Shown piece by piece: positions 28,487 to 39,273 of a stretch of DNA of 64,000 nt. The notes beneath the pieces were generated by a model, which saw nothing but the letters and a program-made list of their open reading frames with translations, made no database searches and was not told the origin of the DNA. Source of the stretch: an uncultured Planctomycetaceae bacterium (lineage in GTDB: Bacteria > Planctomycetota > Planctomycetia > Pirellulales > Thermoguttaceae); assembly GCA_963759115.1 (NCBI GenBank), contig CAVWXT010000002.1, positions 373,557-437,556 of the forward strand, read 5' to 3'. The stretch's first letter is position 1. Every line of letters starts with the position of its first letter. Both the position numbers and the translations under genes were made by a program.

Positions 28487-30700
28487 ATGAGCGTCAAAAC
28501 ACTTTTCGCGTCGGTCTTGGCCGCGTTCGCGTTGGCTTGTTCCCTGGCCGCCGCCGCCGACAAAGACGACGGCTTCACGCCGCTGTTCGACGGCAAAACG
28601 CTGCAAGGATGGAAGCAACTGGGCGGAAACGCCAAGTTCACCGTGGAAGACGGCCAGATCGTCGGGGCCTCAGTGCCCAACTCGAAGAACAGCTTCCTCT
28701 GCACCGAGAAGACCTACCGCGACTTCATCCTCGAATTGGAGTTCAAGGTCGACGACGAGTTGAACTCGGGCGTCCAAATCCGCAGCGAGAGCACGCCGGA
28801 ATACCAGAAGGGGCGGGTCCACGGCTACCAGGTCGAGATCGATCCCGAGTCGCGGGCGTGGAGCGGCGGCATCTACGACGAAGGCCGCCGCGGCTGGCTC
28901 TGCGACCTCAAGAACAACGAGCCGGCCCGAAAGGCCTTCCGCCACAACCAGTGGAACAAGTTCCACATCGAGTGCGTGGGCGACTCGATCAAGACGTGGA
29001 TCAACGGCGTGCCGGCCGCCGAACTGAAAGACGGCATGACCAAGGAGGGCTTCATCGGCCTCCAGGTCCACGCCGTCGGCAAGCTTGAGAAGCCGCTCTA
29101 CATCCGCTTCCGCGAGATCCGGCTGAAAGAGCTGCACCCGCAGGCGAACACACCAGCGAAACCGCACGTCCTGGTGACGATCTCCAAGGAGACGACCTAT
29201 ATCACCGAGCCGCTGCGGGCCGACGGCTATCCGGATTACGTGGCGGCCTTGAACCAGCGGGCCAGCGAGGGCGTGACGCCCGAGAACAACGCGGCTGTGC
29301 TTTTCTGGAAGGCGATCGGGTGGCCAGAGTGGGTCGCTGCCCAGGATCGCGACCAGTTCTTCAAGATGCTCGGCATCCAGACGCTGCCGGAAAAGGGAGA
29401 CTATTACGTCGCGTTCTATGAGTACGCCGGTCCGCCGAGTGACACGAAAAAGCTTGTGGACGAACAGGCGGCGAGCAACAAGGCAATGGGAACCTTGGAC
29501 GACCAGATGGATCAGGCGGCCAAGCGGCCCTGGTCCAGACGCGAGTTCCCCGCGTTTGCCGGTTGGCTTGAGGCCAATGAGAAACCGCTGGCACTGTTGG
29601 TCGAGGCCTTCAAGCGACCGCGGCGGTATGATCCGGAGATTGGCGAGAAGAACGGCTTGGCGTTTCCGCTCGTCCCGCCGGCCCTCCCGCCGGAGCGCGA
29701 GGCGTGCCGCGCGTTACTCCCCCGGGCGATGCTCCGCGCACACGACGGGCAGGTTGACCAGGCGTGGGCGGACCTGCTGAGTTGCCATCGGCACGCGCGG
29801 CTGGTCGCTCAGGGCCCCTGGTTCATCGAAACCTTGGTGGCTTATGCAATCAACGCGCAAGCCGATGCGGGGAATCAAGGTATGCTGCAACATGCGAAAC
29901 TCAGCGCAGCGCGGCTCATGAGGATGCGCGACGAACTCGACAAACTGCCGCCCATGCCCAGGATGGCCGACAAGATCGACGTGGGCGAGCGGTTTACGTA
30001 TCTTTCCATCGCGTCGTACGGAGCAAGGTCCGGAATCGCGTCAATGATGGAGTCCCTCGGTAGCGAAGCGCCCAAGTACAAGGACGGAATCTTCAAGAAA
30101 ATGGCCGATTCGCTGGCCGAAGGGGCGATCGACTGGGACGTGGTGCTCCGCACGGGCAACTCCTGGTACGACCGGCTGGTCGAGGCGTTTCGCAAGCGCA
30201 CCCGCGGCGAACGGAAGGCGGCTCTGGACAAGATCGCCGACGGTCTTCGCAAGGCAGGAAAGGAAGCCGAGGACTGGAAATCATTGCCCCTGTCGGTTTT
30301 CGGCGAGCCCCGACGGGACATCTCGGAGCGGGTCGGCAAAGCCCTTGTGTCGTTGTGCTGTTCGGGCATCCCACGATGCGTCGATTCGGAGGATCGCGCG
30401 GCGATGCAGTTCGAGTTGACCAAACTGGCCTTCACCCTGGCGGCATACCGTGCCGATCATGGCTCGTATCCGGCGAAGCTGGCCGGCTTAGCGCCGAAGT
30501 ACGTCGCCGAAGTCCCTAAAGACATCTTCATTGATGCAGAGTTGCGCTACAAACAGGAAGGCGACGGCTACTTGCTTTATAGCGTCGGCCCCAACGGCAA
30601 AGATGATGGGGCAAGAGGCTTCGACGACCGCAAGGAGGACGAAGACTGGGACGACCTGGTTGTCCGCATGCCGGCAGCCGTAGAGCAGAAACAGAAGTAG
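28487..30700 (+). CDS. secreted DUF1080 (laminin-G-like 3-keto-disaccharide hydrolase fold) domain protein with a long C-terminal extension
   Basis: Signal peptide MSVKTLFASVLAAFALACSLAAA, then DGFTPLFDGKTLQGWKQLGGNAKFTVEDGQIVG...NSGVQIRSE...GYQVEIDP...WNKFHIECVGDSIKTWINGV. Confidence 0.7.
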   Translation: MSVKTLFASVLAAFALACSLAAAADKDDGFTPLFDGKTLQGWKQLGGNAKFTVEDGQIVGASVPNSKNSFLCTEKTYRDFILELEFKVDDELNSGVQIRSESTPEYQKGRVHGYQVEIDPESRAWSGGIYDEGRRGWLCDLKNNEPARKAFRHNQWNKFHIECVGDSIKTWINGVPAAELKDGMTKEGFIGLQVHAVGKLEKPLYIRFREIRLKELHPQANTPAKPHVLVTISKETTYITEPLRADGYPDYVAALNQRASEGVTPENNAAVLFWKAIGWPEWVAAQDRDQFFKMLGIQTLPEKGDYYVAFYEYAGPPSDTKKLVDEQAASNKAMGTLDDQMDQAAKRPWSRREFPAFAGWLEANEKPLALLVEAFKRPRRYDPEIGEKNGLAFPLVPPALPPEREACRALLPRAMLRAHDGQVDQAWADLLSCHRHARLVAQGPWFIETLVAYAINAQADAGNQGMLQHAKLSAARLMRMRDELDKLPPMPRMADKIDVGERFTYLSIASYGARSGIASMMESLGSEAPKYKDGIFKKMADSLAEGAIDWDVVLRTGNSWYDRLVEAFRKRTRGERKAALDKIADGLRKAGKEAEDWKSLPLSVFGEPRRDISERVGKALVSLCCSGIPRCVDSEDRAAMQFELTKLAFTLAAYRADHGSYPAKLAGLAPKYVAEVPKDIFIDAELRYKQEGDGYLLYSVGPNGKDDGARGFDDRKEDEDWDDLVVRMPAAVEQKQK

Positions 30701-30749
30701 ATCGCGGCTGGTCGAAGTTCACCACCGGCAACGATTGGCGTTTTTCGTT

Positions 30750-30788
30750 CCCAATTCCCAATCTCAAATCCCTAATCCCCAATCCCTC
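30750..30788. repeat. CCCAAT/CCCTAAT heptamer array after the DUF1080 gene
   Basis: cccaattcccaatctcaaatccctaatccccaatccctc. Confidence 0.5.
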
Positions 30789-31004
30789 TTCGTCGCACAC
30801 GGAACCTCCGCCCCATTGTAGGCAATTAGCCCCCCCATCATAATGGAGGAGCAGGCCGGACATCGTAGAACGGAAGTCATTCCGTTCGTTTTTCGGGTGG
30901 GTCCGTTCTTCTTTGCAGGACCAAATAGGTTTCGTCCTATACTTTCCAAGATGGAGCGAATTACCTACTAGTGTCCAGGCGTTCCGCGTTGAGGAGGTGC
31001 GATC

Positions 31005-32996
31005 ATGGCGTTCCTGACGTTCTTGGCGACGCATTGGCTTCTGACGGCCGTGGTGGCCATCATCGCGGTGCTGGTGATTCCCTCGATCCGCATCATCGGC
31101 CCGACCGAAGTGGGCCTGGTCACGAAACGATTCTCGAAGGAGAAGCTGCCCGAGGACAACCCGATCGCCTTCCTCGGCGAGGCGGGCTACCAGGCCGACC
31201 TCCTGATGCCCGGCTGGCGTTTCAAGTTTTGGGTGCTCTACGCGGTGGAAAAGCATCCCTGGGTGCAAGTCCGGGCCGGCGAGATCGGCGTGGTGGTGGC
31301 CCAGACGGGCAAGCCGTTGCCCGTGGGCGCCAAGTCGGCCGAATCCGTCAGCGAATTGAACCTCATCACGGACCTCCGCGCGTGGCTCAAGGCCGGCGGA
31401 CAGAAGGGCGTGCAGCGCCCCGTGCTGCCGCCCGGCAGCCTCATGCCGGTTCATCCGGTGGGCTTTCTGATCATTACCCGGGAACGCGTGTACGGCGTGC
31501 CGGTGGCCCAGGAGTTCCAGCGCTTGCAGGCCCACGGCAAGTTCACCTTCCAATCGTTCGGGCTGACGGAGGAGCAACTCAAGGTTACGGTGATCACGCC
31601 GCGCACGGCGGGCAGCGGCGGCGTGTTGGATACGTGCGGCATCGTCACGGTGCTCGACGGCCAGCCGCTGCCGGGCGGCGCCATCGCCAGCCGCCTCGGC
31701 GAGTTCGACGACATCAAGCGGCTCGAATCGGAGGATGCCACCGATCAGGCGCGCATCGAGGCCCTGATCGGGTCGAAGTCGGTCGAACACAACAACTACC
31801 AGGACTTCGACGCGTTTCTGAAGGCCGGCGGCCGCATCGGGCTCCAGCACGACCCGCTGCTCTACGGGGCCTACCTGCTCAATCCGTTCCTGGTGCGGGT
31901 CGAAGAAGTCCCCATGCTGGTCGTCAAGCAGGGCGAAGTGGCGGTCATCAAGGCCTACGTGGGGCTGCCCACCCAAGACACTTCCGGAGCGGCCTTCAAG
32001 TTCGGCTCGATCGTGCGGCCGGGCCACCGCGGCATCTGGCAGGAACCGCTGCGGACCGGCAAATACGCCATCAACCCCCGCTGCTACGAAGCCGAACACG
32101 TGCCTACCGCCATCCTCAGCCTGAACTGGTCGGAGGCGGTCAGCGAGGCCCATAAACTCGACGAGCGACTGTCGAAGATCGTCGCCAAGAGCCGGGAAGG
32201 CTTCGTCTTCAGCATCGAACTGGTCGTGCAGATCCACGTGCCCGATACGACGGCTCCGCGAGTCATCAGCATGGTGGGCACGATTGCCAACCTGGTCAAC
32301 GAGGTGTTGCAGGCGGCCGTGGGAAACCACTTCCGCGACACGCTCCAGAGCATGCCGGCGGTCCAGTTCATCGAGACCCGCCGAGAGGTGCAGCAGAGCG
32401 CGCTGGACCACATCCGCGAGCAACTGAACCAGTACGAGGTGGAAACCCGCGGCGTGTTCATCCAGGACGTGATCCTGCCGCAAGAACTGGTCCAGGTGCT
32501 CACGCAGCGCGAAATCGCCAACCAGGAGAAGGCCACCTACCGGATGCAGCAGGAGGCCCAACAACTGCGAATCGACATGGAGAAGGCCAAGGGCACGGCC
32601 GACATGCAGGCCAAGTTGGCCCAGGCCCAGGTGGGTGTGGCCATCGCCACGCAGACCGCCGAAGCCCGCAAGAAGCAAGCCGACGGCGAGGCGACCTACA
32701 TCGCCGAAACGGGACGCGCCAAAGGGGCCGAGGTCGAGGCGGTGGGACTCGCCCGCGCCAAGGGCTTTGAGGCCCAGGTCCGTGCGTTGGGCCAGGGGCC
32801 CACGGCGGTCATCAACGTGGCCACCGCGCTGGCCGAGCGGGGCATCAAGATCATGCCGGAGATTCTGGCCCTCGGCGGTGGATCGACGCTGGAAGGAGTC
32901 GGCGCGACCCTGATGAAGTTCCTGGCAGAGCGGACGGGGGCGTCGGCCAGCCCCAGCGCCGCACCGCCTGTTGCCGAAACTCCTGCACAAACGTGA
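31005..32996 (+). CDS. flotillin-like SPFH/Band-7 domain membrane protein
   Basis: N-terminal TM (LLTAVVAIIAVLVIPSI), SPFH domain, long coiled-coil region (QQEAQQLRIDMEKAKGTADMQAKLAQAQ...), 663 aa. Confidence 0.8.
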   Translation: MAFLTFLATHWLLTAVVAIIAVLVIPSIRIIGPTEVGLVTKRFSKEKLPEDNPIAFLGEAGYQADLLMPGWRFKFWVLYAVEKHPWVQVRAGEIGVVVAQTGKPLPVGAKSAESVSELNLITDLRAWLKAGGQKGVQRPVLPPGSLMPVHPVGFLIITRERVYGVPVAQEFQRLQAHGKFTFQSFGLTEEQLKVTVITPRTAGSGGVLDTCGIVTVLDGQPLPGGAIASRLGEFDDIKRLESEDATDQARIEALIGSKSVEHNNYQDFDAFLKAGGRIGLQHDPLLYGAYLLNPFLVRVEEVPMLVVKQGEVAVIKAYVGLPTQDTSGAAFKFGSIVRPGHRGIWQEPLRTGKYAINPRCYEAEHVPTAILSLNWSEAVSEAHKLDERLSKIVAKSREGFVFSIELVVQIHVPDTTAPRVISMVGTIANLVNEVLQAAVGNHFRDTLQSMPAVQFIETRREVQQSALDHIREQLNQYEVETRGVFIQDVILPQELVQVLTQREIANQEKATYRMQQEAQQLRIDMEKAKGTADMQAKLAQAQVGVAIATQTAEARKKQADGEATYIAETGRAKGAEVEAVGLARAKGFEAQVRALGQGPTAVINVATALAERGIKIMPEILALGGGSTLEGVGATLMKFLAERTGASASPSAAPPVAETPAQT

Positions 32997-33006
32997 GAGA
33001 AGCCCA

Positions 33007-33270
33007 ATGACATCCTCCGATCCTTCCCAGCCGCCGCCCAGCCCGCAAGAACTCAAAGCGGCGCTCAAGGCCTTCAAGAAACGCCTGAAACTGACCTGCC
33101 TCGACGACCAATCGCGGATTGGCGTGGGGCCGATGAGCAGCGGCCGCGCCTCGGGCATTGTGGCCATCACGCCGCCCGACCAGTATCCGCCGGCCGTTTG
33201 GGAGGAGTTGGCGCGGCAGGGAAAGCTCAAGCGGGCCGGCAGCGGCCTTTACGAACTGGGGCAGCCGTAG
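33007..33270 (+). CDS. small hypothetical protein downstream of flotillin
   Basis: MTSSDPSQPPPSPQELKAALKAFKKRLKLTCLDDQSRIGVGPMSSGRASGIVAITPPDQYPPAVWEELARQGKLKRAGSGLYELGQP. Confidence 0.4.
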   Translation: MTSSDPSQPPPSPQELKAALKAFKKRLKLTCLDDQSRIGVGPMSSGRASGIVAITPPDQYPPAVWEELARQGKLKRAGSGLYELGQP

Positions 33271-33327
33271 CAGCCCCCGCTTGACAAGCAGCCACGTGGC
33301 GGCTATTTTCTCGTGCATTGTGTCGTC

Positions 33328-33451
33328 GTAGAACGGAATTCATTCCGTTCCAGCGGATTGATACTACCAGCGTTCGAGCCCAACACTAACCCGAAGCGCA
33401 AACGAGGGATCGTAACGCACTGCCTCGCTTGCGCTTCGGGTTAGTGTGGGC
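33328..33451. repeat. family-B palindrome (GTAGAACGGAATTCATTCCGTTC) plus a 28-bp-stem hairpin (CCCAACACTAACCCGAAGCGCAAACGAGG / CCTCGCTTGCGCTTCGGGTTAGTGTGGG)
   Basis: Family B also occurs at 14917..14941 and 30865..30887. Confidence 0.55.
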
Positions 33452-33524
33452 CAGTGAGCAAATGTGCCATCCTTAGCCGCTCGCAGTAAAAATCCGCTCT
33501 ACGACGCAAACGTGAGGATCAAAG

Positions 33525-34004
33525 ATGAACCGAGAAGACTTCGTCAAGTTGGTCGGGACGGCAGCCGACGAATCGCAGTACCTGCCTGTCGCCTTTCTGT
33601 TGTGCAACGGCTATGCCTGCGCGGGATACTACCACGCGGCGGTCAATGAAGGCATGGCGAGCACGTGCGTCCTGCTGAACGCGCGGCTGATCGAGATGCA
33701 GGGCGAAGGCAAGCTCAGCGGCCGGCCGAGCATCAACGACTTCAACGATTTCCTGGAAGAAGTGGTGGTCGACTTCTGCGAACCCAGCGGCGAGAACGGG
33801 GCGTCGCACCACAGCGACACCTACGGCAAAAGCATTCCCCTGACGGCCATTCCATACGACCAGATTGCGGTCGTCTATCCCGTGGCGCATATCGGCGCGT
33901 TGATGCGCCGGGCCGGCGAGCAACAAGAGCAGCGCCGATCGCCAAGCTTCTTGGATCTCAACAAGAGCGAGATTCTCAACTTGATTCGGACGAAGCTGTG
34001 GTAA
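33525..34004 (+). CDS. hypothetical protein
   Basis: 159-aa ORF: MNREDFVKLVGTAADESQYLPVAFLLCNGYACAGYYHAAVNEG... Confidence 0.4.
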   Translation: MNREDFVKLVGTAADESQYLPVAFLLCNGYACAGYYHAAVNEGMASTCVLLNARLIEMQGEGKLSGRPSINDFNDFLEEVVVDFCEPSGENGASHHSDTYGKSIPLTAIPYDQIAVVYPVAHIGALMRRAGEQQEQRRSPSFLDLNKSEILNLIRTKLW

Positions 34005-34010
34005 TCCGTC

Positions 34011-34090
34011 GTAGAAGCGGCATCCTGCCGCTTCATGCGTCTTCCGCGACCGACGATTCCCGATCCGGCGCGGCAAGATGCCGCGTCTAC
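34011..34090. repeat. family-C MITE-like element with terminal inverted repeats GTAGA(A/C)GCGGCATC(C/T)TGCCGC
   Basis: A second copy at 51597..51684 has the same ends (GTAGACGCGGCATCTTGCCGCG ... GCGGCAAGATGCCGCGTCTAC). Confidence 0.55.
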
Positions 34091-35784
34091 TGTGTCCGTT
34101 TCCCGAAGCCCGGCGGGAATAGCGGCTCCCGCCATTTCGCTTGCATGGCCAGCAGCCGCTCGTAAGACGGCTTCGGCGAGCAGTCGGCACGCAGGAAACC
34201 GCCGTTTGGGATGAAGCCCGGATCGGTGAAGTCCCACCAGGTGACGGCGTCGACGTAGGGCTTGCTAAAGGCGATCGTGTAGAGCCACTCGACCCACTGG
34301 GCCTGATTCTCTTCGGTGAATCGCTCGTGCCAGACCATCTTGGCCCCGCCCACGCCGCCGCCCCACCACTCGCTGGGCCGGGCAATTTCCGGCGACGACG
34401 AGATGCCCAACTCGGTAATGTGGATCGGCTTGCCGAATCCCTTGAACGACTCCAGGTTGCGCTCGAACTCCAGCAGGTCGCGGCCGGAGTGGTAATACTG
34501 CAAGCCCACGGCGTCGTACTCGGCCCCGGCGTCTTTCAGCCGCTCGAGATAGTCGTAGACGCTCTGTTGCCAGGGCTGCGGCTTGCGGCCCATGTAATAG
34601 TCGCACCAGGTGCCGGTTGAGTTGACCACGCGGAAGCAAGTGGGATCGGCCAACCGGGCCTCCTTGAGCGCGGCCAACGTGAGGTCAACGTTCTCGTCCT
34701 TGCCGAACCACTTCATCTCGTTTCCCGGCTCGTTATCCGGCTGCACGTGGGCTTCGTTGATGACGTCCCAAATGTGGATTCGGCTGCGAAACTTCAGGAT
34801 CGACCGGCGGATATGCTCCATGCAGTGCTTCTTGGTCTCCTCATACGACAGGTTGCGGAGCCATTTGGGCGTCGAGGCCGGCACCAGGAAAATAAGCGGA
34901 TGGCCCTTGACCATGATGTCGGTGCGGGCGAGGGCTTCCAGGACGCCCTCGGCGCCCGAGTAATCCGGCTTGCCCAATTCGCGCTCGGTCTGCCCGCGAT
35001 AGAAGGGCAGCGTGGCGAAGTTGAAGGCGGCGTCAAATCGTTCGATGTACTTCTTGCGTCGGTCGGCCGATTTGTCCGTGTCTTCTGCCGCCTGGCCGCG
35101 GCGCTGGCGGCTCCGCCCGTAACCGAAGGCCTGGCAGCCGAAGAGGAAGCCGGGCCGGGGGCCGTTTCGCGAGATCGCCAGATTGGCCCGCTCGACGACC
35201 AACATCTCACCGGCCCACAGCGATTCGCACAACGAGGACATGAGCGTGGCGACGTACGCCGGGCGGTCCTGCTCCTCCGCCTTCTTCAGCAAGGCGTCGG
35301 CCTTCTCGGCGCGCCCGACGGCGGCCGTCGAGACGGCGATGCCAGAACGTCGACATTCTTCCAACAGCTTGCGGACCGTCGCCAGGCGGTCGGCCGCGAA
35401 TTCATAATTCAGCAACATCGGCTTCTCGGAGAAGGATTGCGCGGTGTAGCCGCGGCCCCGGTTGTCGGCATAGACGAAGACCTCACCGAAGCCCGGAACG
35501 GTCATCGGCAAGGAAATGCGAAACGGCCGTTCGGGGGCCTGGAAGGCGGCGGTGCCCGGCTCGAACTTCGGGTCGATCGTAAACGGCCGCATCTGCAGGT
35601 CGCAGGTGTGGAAGCGGGCGAACTGCTCGACGGGCAGGGGCTCGCCGCGCGAGTTCAGCACGGTACACCGGGCCGTCGCCGGGGCAACGGCGGCCTTCGC
35701 GGTCGCCGCCAAAAGCTCGCTCCCGGCAATGACCCCCAACGAAAGCGACTGCAACATCTCTCGGCGGTTCCAATGGCGACTCAT
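34087..35784 (-). CDS. glycoside hydrolase family 10 (endo-beta-1,4-xylanase-like), TAT signal
   Basis: MSRHWNRREMLQSLSLGVIAGSELLAATAKA; WDVINEA (acid/base) and ITELG (nucleophile) motifs. Confidence 0.75.
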   Translation of the reverse strand: MSRHWNRREMLQSLSLGVIAGSELLAATAKAAVAPATARCTVLNSRGEPLPVEQFARFHTCDLQMRPFTIDPKFEPGTAAFQAPERPFRISLPMTVPGFGEVFVYADNRGRGYTAQSFSEKPMLLNYEFAADRLATVRKLLEECRRSGIAVSTAAVGRAEKADALLKKAEEQDRPAYVATLMSSLCESLWAGEMLVVERANLAISRNGPRPGFLFGCQAFGYGRSRQRRGQAAEDTDKSADRRKKYIERFDAAFNFATLPFYRGQTERELGKPDYSGAEGVLEALARTDIMVKGHPLIFLVPASTPKWLRNLSYEETKKHCMEHIRRSILKFRSRIHIWDVINEAHVQPDNEPGNEMKWFGKDENVDLTLAALKEARLADPTCFRVVNSTGTWCDYYMGRKPQPWQQSVYDYLERLKDAGAEYDAVGLQYYHSGRDLLEFERNLESFKGFGKPIHITELGISSSPEIARPSEWWGGGVGGAKMVWHERFTEENQAQWVEWLYTIAFSKPYVDAVTWWDFTDPGFIPNGGFLRADCSPKPSYERLLAMQAKWREPLFPPGFGKRTQ

Positions 35785-35993
35785 CGTGGGTGTTCCTTTC
35801 TGAGCGGCCGCGCTGCGGCCCACCTGCGGCAATCATGGCCCATGCCCGGATACGCTCCGAGCGGCAACTTGGCACCATGTTACCGGAGACCGGCGGGTTT
35901 CGCAAACGGGGCACCCAGAAAAAAAGGCCGCGCCGACACGTCGGCGCGGCCCTCTTCGGGAGCCGCAGCGGGGGACTGCGGACATTCCCTCGT

Positions 35994-37003
35994 CTACTTT
36001 TCCCCGTGCTCCTCGGGGGCCTTGGAGCGGGAACGGCCCGTCCGCACGTCTTCGATCGTTTGCATCAGCTTATCCATGCGGCGCTCCATCGCCTCCAGCC
36101 GCTTCTCCAACCGGTTCTCCAGCGTGCTGACCGCCCCCTGCGGTGCGCCGGCAGACTCCGCGGTCGGCGCTTGGGCGCGGCCTCGGGCGGTGCGCCCGGC
36201 GGCGGCGGAGCCGGCATGTCATGCAGCACCGTGCCGAACAAATTGCGGCCGAGCATGTGCTCGACGTGCGGCCGAACGTCGGCCGGCAGCTTGTCCAACT
36301 CCTTTTCCGTCACTTCCCACTTCTCGTCGCCGCGTTTGACCACGATCTTTGCCGGCTGGTTGCCTTCCTTGCTGATGACCACGCTCATGTTCGGCGGCAA
36401 CGGCGATTCGACGCCGGCGTCAACGAAGACGCCGGGCGGCACGATCGCCCCGGGACGGACGAACCGGAAATGCATCGGCGGCATGTGACCTTCGCCCTCC
36501 GGCATGTGCTCCAACCACTTGCGCATCGTCTCCCAATCGCCCGGCGCAGGCATGACGCTGATTTGATGTCGGGCCTCTTCGGGCCGCTTGACCGGCGTCG
36601 CCTCGATCGTCTTGCGCTGGCCGCCGTGGATCACTTCGATGGCCAGCTTCTCGCCCTTGGCCGCGTCGACGGCCTGAACCAGGTCGCGCAGTTCCGTCAA
36701 CGGCTTGTCGCCGGCACGCAGCAAAACGTCGTATTGCACGATGCCGGCCTTCGCCGCCGGACTCTCGGGCATGACGCTCTCGACGAAGATCCCCTCGTTC
36801 TCGGGCAAGTTCAACTGCGCCCGCACCGCCGGCGGCACGGGGACACATTGAATCCCCAGCCAGTAGTCGCGGGCTTCCGTGGCCGGATCAGCGATCAAAT
36901 AGCTGCGCCACGTCCGGGGTCGCTCGGAATTGGGTTGTGCCATTGCCAAGGCTGCGCCCAACAGCACCAGCGACACGCCACCTATCCACGATGCTCTTGA
37001 CAT
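35994..37003 (-). CDS. secreted PDZ-domain protein, frameshift near 36170
   Basis: MSRASWIGGVSLVLLGAALAMA signal; PDZ (GIFVESVMPESPAAKAGIVQYDVLLRAGDKPL); the C-terminal coiled coil is in another frame (STLENRLEKRLEAMERRMDKLMQTIEDV). Confidence 0.6.
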
Positions 37004-37058
37004 ACCACGCGCTCCTTTCCGGAAAAAGGCGGAGAAGATCGGCCTCTCCAATTCTCGT

Positions 37059-37781
37059 TCAATAGCTTGTATCCGGGACGTATTTCACGTCGACCTGATC
37101 GACGGGCACCACCAATCGCCGCCCGTCCTTCAATGGAATATGCACCAATTCGCGCCGCTGCTGGACGCGGTGGCCGGTGCGGCTGAGGGCCTGCACAACG
37201 TTGTCGGGGATGGGCGACGGCAGGCTTTGCAGCCACTGCGGATCGACCTTCTCGCGTTCCACGGCGGGCACGTCAAACGATACTCCCGCGTCTTGCGTCC
37301 CCGGCGGCCCGGAGACTGTGACGATTCGCCACGGATTGGCGTCCGGATGAATCGGCAAGGCGCCACGCGGCTGATCGACCGCGCGGTCGGCGAGGTCGGC
37401 AACGCTCGTTGCCCCCGGCCCGTCTACAGGCGCGGTCGGAGTTTCGATACGAGTCGGCTGAAACAGCGTTCCCAACCACAGCGCCAAGAGGAAACTGGCC
37501 GCTACGGCCAACGGCGTCCATAAGCGACCGAGCCAAACCGTGCGACGCGAGCCAGTCGTCCTGGAGGCGATTGCCGCGGGCTCGCTTGCCTCTACGATCG
37601 GGGCGAGTTCTTTTCTCCAGCACTGGGCCTCAAGGAACGCCAGGGCGCAGCGCCGCCAGCCGCCCGGCTCCTTGTCGAGACTGGCCAGCAACTCCCGCCG
37701 CTCCTCTTCGCTCAATTCGCCGTCGACCAGCCGGTCACAGCGGGAATCATCCACCGGCATCTTTCCAGCGTTCGTGTTCAT
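37059..37781 (-). CDS. anti-sigma factor (membrane-anchored, cognate of the upstream ECF sigma)
   Basis: MNTNAGKMPVDDSRCDRLVDGELSEEERRELLASL... TM WTPLAVAASFLLALWLGTLF. Confidence 0.65.
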   Translation of the reverse strand: MNTNAGKMPVDDSRCDRLVDGELSEEERRELLASLDKEPGGWRRCALAFLEAQCWRKELAPIVEASEPAAIASRTTGSRRTVWLGRLWTPLAVAASFLLALWLGTLFQPTRIETPTAPVDGPGATSVADLADRAVDQPRGALPIHPDANPWRIVTVSGPPGTQDAGVSFDVPAVEREKVDPQWLQSLPSPIPDNVVQALSRTGHRVQQRRELVHIPLKDGRRLVVPVDQVDVKYVPDTSY

Positions 37782-37797
37782 GACCGTCTGCTTCCCG

Positions 37798-38376
37798 TTA
37801 GACTTCGGCCGGCGTTACGTCGAGCGCCGCCAATTCCGCCCGCAATCGCTGCCGCGCACGGTGCAGCCGTGCCTCCACGGCGCTGTGGCTGACGCCCAAG
37901 TGCTCGGCCAACGCTTGATAGTTCCAGTCCTCGGTGTACTTCAACAACAGGATTTCCCTGTCGCGTTTGGGCAAGCGGCTCATGGCCGCCCGCACCCGGG
38001 CGCGACGCTCCTCGGCCAGCAACCAGCCCAAGGGGTCAGCCTGGCGCTGATCGGCCACGCTGGGCCGGTTTCGCTCAGCGTAGCGGTCGATGAGTTTTCG
38101 CCGCCGTCCCTGCTTCCGGCGATACAACAGCGACTGCCGCACCGCCAGCCGGTAGAGCCACGCCCCGACTTTCGCCGGATCAGTCAACGGCGCCTGTTGC
38201 CGCACGGCCGCCAGCGAAATGTCCTGCATCACCTCGTCGATCGCCTGCGGCTCGCCCAGCCGGGCGCAGACCACCGTCCGCAGCCAACGGCCGTGCTCGG
38301 CCAAGACGCTAGGCCAGTCGATACTGGCCGCGCCCGCTCCGGCATCGGGCTGTCGGCGAGGGTGAGGCATAGTCAT
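37798..38376 (-). CDS. ECF RNA polymerase sigma factor
   Basis: MTMPHPRR...WLYRLAVRQSLLYRRKQ...DREILLLKYTEDWNYQALAEHLGVSHSAVEARLHRARQRLR. Confidence 0.8.
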   Translation of the reverse strand: MTMPHPRRQPDAGAGAASIDWPSVLAEHGRWLRTVVCARLGEPQAIDEVMQDISLAAVRQQAPLTDPAKVGAWLYRLAVRQSLLYRRKQGRRRKLIDRYAERNRPSVADQRQADPLGWLLAEERRARVRAAMSRLPKRDREILLLKYTEDWNYQALAEHLGVSHSAVEARLHRARQRLRAELAALDVTPAEV

Positions 38377-38493
38377 GGCCAAAAGAATAGTTTCCACGGC
38401 CGGCCGAATCTTGCACGAGCCGCTGCATGTGGCTATTCTAACATTAGTTACGATACGCGAGTTGTCTACCCCCAACAAAGGGACGCGATAGCG

Positions 38494-39057
38494 ATGGAAC
38501 CGTGGGTCTGGGCCGTATTGCTGCTGGTGCTGGGAACCGGCTTGGCGCTGCTGGAGGTCTTCTTTCCGTCGGCCGGCATCTTGGGCTTCCTTTCGGCCGT
38601 GGCGTTGTTGTCGGCCGTGGTGATGGGCTTCAACCAAGGCCCGATCACCGGAATTCTGATCCTCTTGGGGGCATTCGTGGGCCTGCCGACTACGGTCGTG
38701 CTGGGCTTCAAGTACTGGCCGAAAACCGCGATGGGCAGACGAGTCCTGTTGATGGCCCCCCAAAGCGAGGACGTCTTGCCCGACGACCCCGAGAGGAAGA
38801 TGCTGAAGGGCCTGATCGGCCGGACGGGCCGGGCGAAGAGCAAGATGCTGTTGAGCGGCGTCATCACAATCGACGGCCGCACCGTCGACGCCGTCAGCGA
38901 AAGCATGCCCATCGAGGTAGGGCAGGCGGTCCAGGTGGTGCAGGTTCGCGGCCGCGAGGTCGTGGTCCGGCCGGTGGAAGCGGAGCCGGCGGCGGAACGC
39001 CCCATTGACCCCCTACAGCGGGCTTACGACGAGCCCTTCGATGTTCCCCCGGCTTGA
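38494..39057 (+). CDS. NfeD-family membrane protein (SPFH partner)
   Basis: MEPWVWAVLLLVLGTGLALLEVFFPSAGILGFLSAVALLSAVV...; C-terminal OB/beta domain (VITIDGRTVDAVSESMPIEVGQAVQVVQVRGREVVVRPV). Confidence 0.65.
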   Translation: MEPWVWAVLLLVLGTGLALLEVFFPSAGILGFLSAVALLSAVVMGFNQGPITGILILLGAFVGLPTTVVLGFKYWPKTAMGRRVLLMAPQSEDVLPDDPERKMLKGLIGRTGRAKSKMLLSGVITIDGRTVDAVSESMPIEVGQAVQVVQVRGREVVVRPVEAEPAAERPIDPLQRAYDEPFDVPPA

Positions 39058-39273
39058 CACTTGCCCCCACCAGGCCGAAGATAGGCTGGGAGCGAAGACC
39101 GAGGAACTAGAGACAATAGTAGAAGCCCGGTGGTTGATCGCTCCTAGCTTTCGTCCCTGGTTTTCCTTTCGGAGCCGCCCATGTATCGCCTCGCTTTGGT
39201 TCCTATAGGCCAAGCCATCCAACGTCTAAGCCTTTTCGGTGCGGCCGCGGAGGCGCCGGATGCCGCCGGGCGG

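Noticed and set aside
30528-33230. 900-aa minus-strand ORF
   Set aside because: It is entirely antisense to the well-supported flotillin gene (31005..32996) and is an Arg/Gly-rich high-GC shadow ORF; no domain-like sequence.
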